Origin: an uncultured Thiomicrorhabdus sp.
GTDB lineage: Bacteria; Pseudomonadota; Gammaproteobacteria; Thiomicrospirales; Thiomicrospiraceae
DNA length: 24,000 nucleotides
Direction: 5' to 3'
Assembly: GCA_965602805.1 (NCBI GenBank)
Contig: CBFCZK010000004.1
Coordinates: 72,549-96,548, forward strand
Part shown: positions 7,070-13,666 of the stretch, in pieces
Layout of the letters: each line of letters starts with the position of its first letter
Numbering within the stretch: the first letter of the stretch is position 1
Program-made: the position numbers and the translations under genes
Notes under the pieces: model-generated
Seen by the model: the letters and a program-made list of their open reading frames with translations, nothing else
The model's database searches: none
Told to the model about the DNA's origin: nothing

Positions 7070-7329
7070 AAAGACTCCAATAATTTGAAAATAAAATCCT
7101 CTCGTGTCTCGCTTCGACAGTTGTTGAGTGGTAAACCAGAAACGCTGGTCGCGCTGAGAGGTAATTTGTTTTCGTACAAATCGAACGACCGCAATAAGAC
7201 TGGTTCTTGATACGTATAGCGACAGTAACAAGATTCATTCTTGGTGCGAATTTGATCAATGACTCCATCCTCTAAAATGCCTAAACACTGAAACGAGGGG
7301 ATGTTGTGGGTTGGACGACCACAAGCCAT
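7066..7329 (-). CDS. possible small leader ORF, 87 aa, Cys-containing
   Basis: Its TGA overlaps the recombinase ATG as ATGA (7066-7069), suggesting coupling. There is no SD before its ATG, and two other ORFs overlap it. Confidence 0.25.
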   Translation of the reverse strand: MACGRPTHNIPSFQCLGILEDGVIDQIRTKNESCYCRYTYQEPVLLRSFDLYENKLPLSATSVSGLPLNNCRSETREDFIFKLLESL

Positions 7330-7927
7330 ATTGATTTTTCTAGATGCAATTAACCGTATTTTTTTATTTAAATTCTTACGCCGAGGGTGCCGTCCTTGGT
7401 GTCAATTTGACAAAGAAAAATCATATAAAATAGGTTTTAGTTCAGGTTTTAGTTCTGACGTTCAGACTAGAAATCCTGGTTATGAAGGGCATTGGGTACA
7501 CTTTTTTAAATCCGTCTCTTTGTGAGGATTTATTGCAGACACAATAGTTAGCATGCAGTCAGTATTGAAGTATCAATACCATTGATCTCATGCATATTTG
7601 TCTTAGGGTGCAAAGCGTAGATATAAGGTGTGAGGAAGTGGCATAACTAAATTTTAGTTGTGGCTATCCGAGGAGTTTTAGATTTTTTATTAAAACGATC
7701 GTTTTAATCTGGCATTACTTCTCTTTGGACGTTGGTGCGAAAGCATCAAGTTCTTTGAGGTAAATACCTAATGTTGGTATGAAACTTATTGAGTAAGGAA
7801 GTATGACAAAATTTAGGCACACGAATCCTACTGTGTTGAACTCAGTTTTAAAAAAACTGATTTTTTAGACTTCTGGTGCAGATATTAACTATCTGTCAGT
7901 GGTCTATTAGTTAGAAGGCCTAGTACA

Positions 7928-8015
7928 GCTTACAACGAGGGCCCTTGTAAGCCGTCTCATGGGTTGCATGAGACTACTCGATGCAATATCGAGGTTTTCG
8001 TTCAGAATGGAACGA
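7928..8015 (+). ncRNA. array of four abutting hairpins (candidate structured RNA or DNA structural site)
   Basis: GCTTACAA-N9-TTGTAAGC (7928-7952), GTCTCATG-N5-CATGAGAC (7954-7974), CTCGAT-N5-ATCGAG (7977-7993), TCGTTC-N6-GAACGA (7998-8015). All stems are perfect. Strand unknown. Confidence 0.35.
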
Positions 8016-8170
8016 TACATTTAAAGAAGTTTTAGTCTACAATTGAAAGGGCTTGTCAGCAAGAGTTTTTTGGAAATTAATTTCTAACTATCTGTAAAAC
8101 CTACAAAAAATGTAGGTATAGAAGATTTTTTGTTTAATATTTAAAGCGAAAGGAAATAGTCTTGCTAAAT

Positions 8171-8257
8171 ATGATACCTATATTAATTATCGTTGTTGCT
8201 GTCTTATCTCTTGTGCATGCTGCCTCTAAATCAAGGTCACAGGATGAAGATTCGTAA
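8171..8257 (+). CDS. mini-ORF, 28 aa, hydrophobic N-terminus with acidic tail (type I toxin-like)
   Basis: MIPILIIVVAVLSLVHAASKSRSQDEDS. AGGAAA lies 13 nt upstream of the ATG. Not in the ORF track (too short). Identical in both repeat copies. Confidence 0.35.
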   Translation: MIPILIIVVAVLSLVHAASKSRSQDEDS

Positions 8258-8298
8258 AATAATTATTTTGTTCTAAGAGCTTTTGAATTTACCCGTTA

Positions 8299-8436
8299 TT
8301 AATCTTGTGAGCCGTCTTGAGCTTTCTCCTCTGCTTCTTTTTCTTTAGAGGCTTTGTGTAAAAGGAAGGCTACCCCAAAAAGTACAAATCCGAAAGCTAG
8401 TGCAATCGAGGCTGTGATAAAAAGTATCCAGTTCAT
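8299..8436 (-). CDS. small single-TM protein, 45 aa
   Basis: MNWILFITASIALAFGFVLFGVAFLLHKASKEKEAEEKAQDGSQD. AAGGA lies 7 nt upstream of the ATG. Compared with the copy at 13450-13587 there are 3 synonymous third-position changes and 4 amino-acid changes (W->A, I->T, F->L, F->L) that leave the segment apolar. Confidence 0.55.
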   Translation of the reverse strand: MNWILFITASIALAFGFVLFGVAFLLHKASKEKEAEEKAQDGSQD

Positions 8437-8820
8437 ATTAAGTCCTTTTCTTGCTATGTTAATAGAGTGAATTTAACATGCAGTTATAAACACGCATTGT
8501 GCGGAGAACGTGATTTCGGCTGCCTAATTCGAGAGGTTAAAGCTTATTTTCTATAAAGGTTTCTGGTATGAAAGGTGTGGTCAAAAACGTTGACCACAAA
8601 CAGCAGGGTTCTTTGCTCAAGAAGGCCCCTTTATCTAGTCTTTTTAGTATCAATTTGAACAGTGATATTGAGACTAAATGCTACTTTTCAATTCATCCGA
8701 ATCTAAAGCTTGAATTAAATCCATGTTAGGAATGTTGAACGCCCGTCCTAAAACTGCCTGACAGCCACGAATGGAGTAGATTATTATTTTAGATGTAATG
8801 CGGTTATCTAAAGGATAAAT

Positions 8821-9465
8821 ATGAATGAAGTACACGTGAATGAAATAAAACATTTGGTTTCTCAAATAGATGAAGTAAATTCAAATGATATATGTAAACA
8901 AATTGCACAGATATTGATGTGTGAATATCAGTTAGATATAAAGGATCATATATTTAGTCTCTCAGAGTTAGAGTTTTATATTTATTCTGATCAACATCCT
9001 GATCCATACGTCCATAAAAATGATAGACAAAAAAAAATTGGAAAGTTTTATGTCCATCCACAGGATGGAAATTATGGAGGTATTGATTTTACAATTGGGG
9101 ATACTGAAAAATACATTTTTGGTGGAGTCTTAATAAGAGGCTTGAAACGGGAGTGTGACAAGAAATTTATTAGTGGGCCAAACCTGGTAAAAAAAGAAAT
9201 CTACAATATTTTAAATATAGAAAATAAAGAAACTGAAAAAAAATATGAACAGTTACAGAATATATCCGATGAACAAATTAAAGTCGTCAGTCATAAAAAC
9301 GACAAAGTTGTACGATGTTCGACCAGAATAGGATTAAAGCCAAAATTTGAAGACTATCAAGTTGGTGGAAAATATATTTACAAATTACACCGATTTATTA
9401 CCTATGCAGAAGAAAAAGGGCATAAATTTAAAGAAAAAGGAAGTGTAACTCAATACAATAAATAG
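8821..9465 (+). CDS. Mpg/AAG-like (purine DNA glycosylase-like) protein, 214 aa
   Basis: AAGGA before the ATG. Ordered motifs SELEFY (cf. E-x-E-A-Y), DPYVH, GKFYVH, YGGIDFTIG, GGVLIRGL, ISGPNLV follow the order of the 3-methyladenine glycosylase (AAG/Mpg) family as I remember it. Divergent. Confidence 0.45.
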   Translation: MNEVHVNEIKHLVSQIDEVNSNDICKQIAQILMCEYQLDIKDHIFSLSELEFYIYSDQHPDPYVHKNDRQKKIGKFYVHPQDGNYGGIDFTIGDTEKYIFGGVLIRGLKRECDKKFISGPNLVKKEIYNILNIENKETEKKYEQLQNISDEQIKVVSHKNDKVVRCSTRIGLKPKFEDYQVGGKYIYKLHRFITYAEEKGHKFKEKGSVTQYNK

Positions 9466-9656
9466 ATTGTAATCCCTCTCTCCCTCCTTTCTTTTAACTT
9501 ATGGTTCAGGTACCTCTCGGCTATATGGCCGGGGGTGCCTTGTGCCGTTAATTCGAAATGATCTAAACTCCGTAATTTAGTAAGGCTAGTATTTAACTCT
9601 TCAAAGTCGTATTCCTTTCCTGTTAAAACATAGTTCCTACCTAGTCTTTGAACCAC
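9450..9656 (-). pseudogene. relic of an integrase gene 3' end (copy 1)
   Basis: ...TAQGTPGHIAERYLNHKLK-ERRE... matches the C-terminal AERCLNH...ERREA motif of the relic at 12432-12590. Shares a 55-nt core (9491-9545 vs 12533-12586). Lacks ~39 nt relative to copy 2. Confidence 0.5.
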
Positions 9657-9762
9657 AAATGTATTTTTTTATTTTTTCTCGCTTTTAGCCTTGCTGACGA
9701 AATTCATTAAGTCACTTAATCTGGAGGTACCCAATTAAGGGTGTTAATAAAAGGAAAATAAA

Positions 9763-9900
9763 ATGACTAATATTTATTCAGCAATTCATTCAAATCGTGG
9801 TCCATCAAGTCATCCTGGTCCAGGAGGAAATTGGCCAAGTACTACTGGCGGGACTTCTGGTGGTGGGCGCGGAAACTCTACGCCTACTAAAGGCAAGTAA
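9763..9900 (+). CDS. Gly/Pro/Ser/Thr-rich small protein, 45 aa
   Basis: MTNIYSAIHSNRGPSSHPGPGGNWPSTTGGTSGGGRGNSTPTKGK. AAGGA lies 8 nt upstream. G+C is concentrated in codon positions 1-2 with mostly A/T in position 3. Not in the ORF track. Confidence 0.45.
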   Translation: MTNIYSAIHSNRGPSSHPGPGGNWPSTTGGTSGGGRGNSTPTKGK

Positions 9901-9949
9901 TCACAAATCAATCCCCTCTGTTATCAGGGCAGGGGGGAGAGGAGTAGTT

Positions 9950-10171
9950 ATGAAAATATATAGCAGTTCAAAAGATGTTAATAGACTGGTAATGAGCTTG
10001 ATTAAATTCGGTTGGCAGGTTAAAACAGGCAAAAGGCACAATAGAATAATCTCTCCAAGAGGGCGAAAAGTTACATTCTCATCAACGCCTAGTGATTTTA
10101 GAGTATTCAAAAATTTTAGATCGCAAATACGAAATGAAATAAAGGAAATAAGTAGTCATGCCTTGCAGTGA
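9950..10171 (+). CDS. HicA/YcfA-like small protein, 73 aa
   Basis: Strong SD GAGGAG 6 nt before ATG 9950; the GTG at 9797 in the ORF track has none. SKDVNRLVMSLIKFGWQVKTGKRHNRIISPRGRKVTFSSTPSDFRVFKNFRSQIRN follows the L-x-K-x-G(W/F)...H...P...I layout of HicA-type toxins. Confidence 0.5.
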   Translation: MKIYSSSKDVNRLVMSLIKFGWQVKTGKRHNRIISPRGRKVTFSSTPSDFRVFKNFRSQIRNEIKEISSHALQ

Positions 10172-12413
10172 AATTAAATCTTCCTACCCGACATTGATTG
10201 AAGCCATGCGCTTTATGGCGACGTCTTTAGATCTTAAAGGAAATAATAAACGCATCGATGACAAATCCACAGGGCATATTGATCCAAGAGAAGTTGATAG
10301 TCTTATTCCGGAATTATTTGTAGATCGCGTGGATAGGGATATAGGGCCACACGCATCTGAATTTATTAGCGTACAGATTAACGGCTTAAAGGATCAATAT
10401 ATTGATTTTATAAAGGATTACAATGCCGATGGGCTTACAAGAACACAGCTTGTAAAATTATTGAACAAATCTGTTTTTCCAGCTTGGATTGCAAGGGTCT
10501 TTACTGAATTACACAAAGAGTTTGGAGGGCCTTCTGTTGCCACATTATTTGTGCAGCATAATAAGGCTGTTCCTTTGGTATTAAAATGGATTTCTAAACA
10601 CAATTCTTCTTGGAATGAACTTCTTGATTCAAGAGAAAAGAAGGATAGGGATAGAGTTTCTGAGTGGATAAAAGGCAATGAGATACCATCTTCTCAATCC
10701 ATTTTCGCATTAAAAAATATATGGATTCAGGAGTCTGGCTTATCGGTTCAAAACTTTGAAAATATCCAAGTATTATTGTTAATGGCTAGATTCGTTGATT
10801 CTTTGCGTAGATCCGATCAAACATGCACATTGATGAACGCTGTACTTCTTCAATTATGGCAAGGTTTTGCTGAGTTGCCAGTACCATTTCAAAAAGAAGT
10901 AGGAATAATTCTAAGTAAAGTGTCCAGTGATTTTGATCCTTCTTTTTATGATGCGCTTTCTAAGTTGCAATATAAATTAATACCAGATATATCTAAAGAT
11001 TCTATGTGTAAGGAAGACACGCGAATTTTGCTGGATTATGCACGTGCAAAATTAGTAAATATAAGTTGTAATCCAGGCATTCAGTCTTGGCTGGATTGGG
11101 GAGAGGCAAAGTGGCATGTGTTTTCTGGAACTTTAGAAGAAGCTAATAATTTTTATAAAAAGGCTTTTGATGCTGCTCTATATCAAGGAGGGATTAACCT
11201 TCTGGATATCATTAATCAATCTCTAGTTGTTGCTTCTAGTCTAGAGAAAGCAGATAAAGTCTTTCTAAAGCGTCTCAAGTGGGCCATGCTATTGTTCAAG
11301 TATGACATCCCATCAGTAACTAGTCCCAATACATCAAATAGATTTGAAGACAGCATTGAGGAATGGGAAATTCGTGCTTGGAGGTTAAATTTTTCTCGAA
11401 TCTTTCCTACAGTCGGGTTATTTCCAGGAGTTCAATTTGATATGGACGCTTTGCCATACACAATGGTTAATAGTGAGGATGAAGTTAAGCCAGATTTTCG
11501 ATACCCAAATAGAAAGTTCAAAATTGGTGAAGGTCATGTATTAAAAATGCCTCAACTTAACTGGTTCATTATCAAGGAAAATTATGATGTTTTCACAAAG
11601 CTATTAGAGGCAGGTGCTAGTCCTAATGTATTTTCGGATTCAATGGACACTCCTTTACAACTTTCTTTACAGCTATTGAATGTTTTAGATCCCTCTAGTA
11701 GTTTTGATGACAGATTCTTTTGGAGGCTTGCTGAGTTTCCTTATAAGGGGGAAGTCGTCAACACAAGGTCGCAAAAGAAAAGGTCTTTACCGTTAATTTT
11801 AGCAGTTCAATCGGGCGACCCTAAAATCGTTCAAAAGGTTATTGATATGGGGGCTGATCCCAATGGAAGAGGTCAAACTGATGAGCAAACCGCGTTAAAT
11901 GTCTGTTTGAAGCTGATGGCTTTGTGTAAAAATCCAATCGGTTTTATGGAGAATCAACGAGAAATGCCCGAGACAACTGAGGTGCTGGATTCTTTTAGAA
12001 GGCATACTGGAGGAGCAGTTGGTTCTTCCCTTGATCAAATGAAGGCTGTTCTGAATCAATATAAGACTGATCCTCTATATCAAGCTTTAACTATAGCTTT
12101 TGAAAAAAGGCTAATTGAAAATGCTTCTCGACTGGATTATCAATCTTTAATGCAGATTGCAGAAGTGCTTATTAAGGCTGGCGCCGACGTTAATGCGGAG
12201 CATAAGAGCCCTTTTAAAGGCTATACTCCATTGATGCTTGCGGCAGAAAATAATGAACACGAACTTTTTCAGTTAATGTTAAAGCATGGTGGACTTCCTG
12301 ATAAGGGTTATTGCACTCCTGAGAGGAGGGGGGCAATAACATGTTGGGAAATAGCAGAATACTTTAACTCTGTTAATGTTTTAAATCTGTTGAAAAAGTC
12401 CCGGTTGCACTGA
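10158..12413 (+). CDS. large protein, 751 aa: unrecognised helical N-terminal ~480 aa plus C-terminal ankyrin repeats
   Basis: ATG 10158 lies inside the previous gene (14-nt overlap). ANK-type repeats: TKLLEAGASPNVFSDSMDTPLQLSL, LPLILAVQSGDPKIVQKVIDMGADPNGRG, LMQIAEVLIKAGADVNAEH..GYTPLMLAAENNEHELFQLMLKHGGLPD. Confidence 0.85.
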   Translation: MPCSEIKSSYPTLIEAMRFMATSLDLKGNNKRIDDKSTGHIDPREVDSLIPELFVDRVDRDIGPHASEFISVQINGLKDQYIDFIKDYNADGLTRTQLVKLLNKSVFPAWIARVFTELHKEFGGPSVATLFVQHNKAVPLVLKWISKHNSSWNELLDSREKKDRDRVSEWIKGNEIPSSQSIFALKNIWIQESGLSVQNFENIQVLLLMARFVDSLRRSDQTCTLMNAVLLQLWQGFAELPVPFQKEVGIILSKVSSDFDPSFYDALSKLQYKLIPDISKDSMCKEDTRILLDYARAKLVNISCNPGIQSWLDWGEAKWHVFSGTLEEANNFYKKAFDAALYQGGINLLDIINQSLVVASSLEKADKVFLKRLKWAMLLFKYDIPSVTSPNTSNRFEDSIEEWEIRAWRLNFSRIFPTVGLFPGVQFDMDALPYTMVNSEDEVKPDFRYPNRKFKIGEGHVLKMPQLNWFIIKENYDVFTKLLEAGASPNVFSDSMDTPLQLSLQLLNVLDPSSSFDDRFFWRLAEFPYKGEVVNTRSQKKRSLPLILAVQSGDPKIVQKVIDMGADPNGRGQTDEQTALNVCLKLMALCKNPIGFMENQREMPETTEVLDSFRRHTGGAVGSSLDQMKAVLNQYKTDPLYQALTIAFEKRLIENASRLDYQSLMQIAEVLIKAGADVNAEHKSPFKGYTPLMLAAENNEHELFQLMLKHGGLPDKGYCTPERRGAITCWEIAEYFNSVNVLNLLKKSRLH

Positions 12414-12431
12414 TACAGGTTTTATTGATTT

Positions 12432-12590
12432 CTACTTGGTCTTAATGACAGGGCTTAGGGTCTGTGAAAGCTTTTCAAATGCCTCTCTTCTTTCGTCTAA
12501 ATAATCATGTCTATCGTAAATACCTTCTACACCTTTTAACTTATGGTTCAGGCACCTCTCGGCTATACGGTCGGGGTGCCTTGTGCAGCT
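12432..12590 (-). pseudogene. relic of an integrase gene 3' end (copy 2, last ~50 codons)
   Basis: Minus-strand translation ...HPDRIAERCLNHKLKGVEGIYDRHDYLDERREAFEKLSQTLSPVIKTK* is a typical C-terminus of P4/CP4-57-type tyrosine integrases. No upstream part remains. Confidence 0.65.
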
Positions 12591-13080
12591 AATAGAGTTT
12601 AGAAAGTGCAACGAAGAGCGGCGTGTACTGGTTATGTTCGTTATAGCTTGTGTGTAAGGTATGCAAAACGGTATGCAAATGCCGTATATGGTAATATAAA
12701 CCCGAAATCAATGGAGTTTTGGTGTTCGGTGTAGCCACTATGTTCAAAAGTTAATCTGTCGTTTTTTTACCTAACCCCCCGCTCTTGTTTCTTTCTCAGA
12801 TTTTTATTGTTGAGCCAATTGCTTTGAAAAATAAATAATTTTAAAGGCTGATCTTAAATATAATTGAGGCGGATAAGTTGAATTATTTTAATGGCTATAT
12901 ATACAATGTATTGTATTGGCACTTTTAGTGTAGGGAGGTCACTCGACCCTATCAAAATAAATCTTTTATAAGAGAGCTTGAGGAAAGAGGGTGGGAAATG
13001 GTAAATAGAATTAATGGTATATAATTACAATTCAATTACTTAACTTATTGAATTTTATTGACTGTTTAAGACCTAGTCCA

Positions 13081-13166
13081 GCTTACAACAAGGGCCATTG
13101 TAAGCCGTCTCATGGGTTGCATGAGACTCGATGCAATATCGAGAGTTTTCGTTCAGAATGGAACGA
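13081..13166 (+). ncRNA. four-hairpin array, second copy
   Basis: Same four stems as 7928-8015. Changes are confined to loop 1 and to the linker between hairpins 2 and 3 (3-nt deletion, stem retained). Confidence 0.35.
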
Positions 13167-13321
13167 TACATTTAAAGAAGTTTTAGTCTACAATTGAAAG
13201 GGCTTGTCAGCAAGAGTTTTTTGGAAATTAATTTCTAACTATCTGTAAAACCTACAAAAAATGTAGGTATAGAAGATTTTTTGTTTAATATTTAAAGCGA
13301 AAGGAAATAGTCTTGCTAAAT

Positions 13322-13408
13322 ATGATACCTATATTAATTATCGTTGTTGCTGTCTTATCTCTTGTGCATGCTGCCTCTAAATCAAGGTCACAGGATGAAG
13401 ATTCGTAA
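13322..13408 (+). CDS. mini-ORF, 28 aa (copy 2)
   Basis: Identical to 8171-8257. Confidence 0.35.
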   Translation: MIPILIIVVAVLSLVHAASKSRSQDEDS

Positions 13409-13449
13409 AATAATTATTTTGTTCTAAGAGCTTTTGAATTTACCCGTTA

Positions 13450-13587
13450 TTAATCTTGTGAGCCGTCTTGAGCTTTCTCCTCTGCTTCTTTTTCTTTAGA
13501 GGCTTTGTGTAAAAGGAAGGCTACCCCAAAAAGTACAAGTCCGAAAGCCAGTGCAATCGAGGCAGTGATTAAAAGTGTAGCATTCAT
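13450..13587 (-). CDS. small single-TM protein, 45 aa (copy 2)
   Basis: MNATLLITASIALAFGLVLFGVAFLLHKASKEKEAEEKAQDGSQD. Lies 79 nt downstream of the DUF3987 gene on the same strand. Confidence 0.55.
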   Translation of the reverse strand: MNATLLITASIALAFGLVLFGVAFLLHKASKEKEAEEKAQDGSQD

Positions 13588-13666
13588 ATATAAACCCTTT
13601 TCTTTTTTAATAATTTTTTCAGAGTTAGGGATAAGAATAAGCGTGTTTAAACTTATCCGCAGGACT

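Larger units (their letters stand above)
7915..8460 (+). repeat. direct repeat copy 1 (~540 bp)
   Basis: Aligns with 13068-13610. 7995-8387 is identical by eye to 13146-13538 (393 nt). Differences cluster at both ends. Confidence 0.95.
13068..13610 (+). repeat. direct repeat copy 2 (~540 bp)
   Basis: See copy 1. Lies immediately downstream (minus sense) of the DUF3987 gene. Confidence 0.95.

Noticed and set aside
7070-7231. 54-codon N-terminal extension of the tyrosine recombinase ORF, and the overlapping 70-aa ORF 7056-7268
   Set aside because: GGAG is correctly spaced before ATG 7069. The extension has no SD and an implausible sequence. Three ORFs overlap here, so at most one is real.
7803-7868. 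21-aa ORF MTKFRHTNPTVLNSVLKKLIF with AAGGAAG just upstream
   Set aside because: The SD spacing is very short. There is no second copy or other support, and it is indistinguishable from chance in AT-rich DNA.
7432-8040. Recurring GTTTTAG motifs (7435, 7447, 7674, 8030) as a possible CRISPR array
   Set aside because: There is no regular repeat-spacer periodicity and no full-length conserved repeat. Only a 7-mer recurs in AT-rich DNA.
8674-8865. 63-aa minus-strand ORF
   Set aside because: It overlaps the start of the better-supported 214-aa gene, is very low-complexity and AT-driven at its N-terminus, and has no SD. It may at most be a gene fragment.
8893-8906. TGTAAACAAATTGC as a second recombination site for the serine recombinase
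   Set aside because: It is only a half-site-length match, lies inside a coding region, and has no palindromic partner.
9797-9949. GTG-initiated 124-aa version of the HicA-like ORF
   Set aside because: No SD precedes the GTG. The extension is the alternative frame of the Gly-rich mini-ORF. A strong GAGGAG precedes the internal ATG at 9950.
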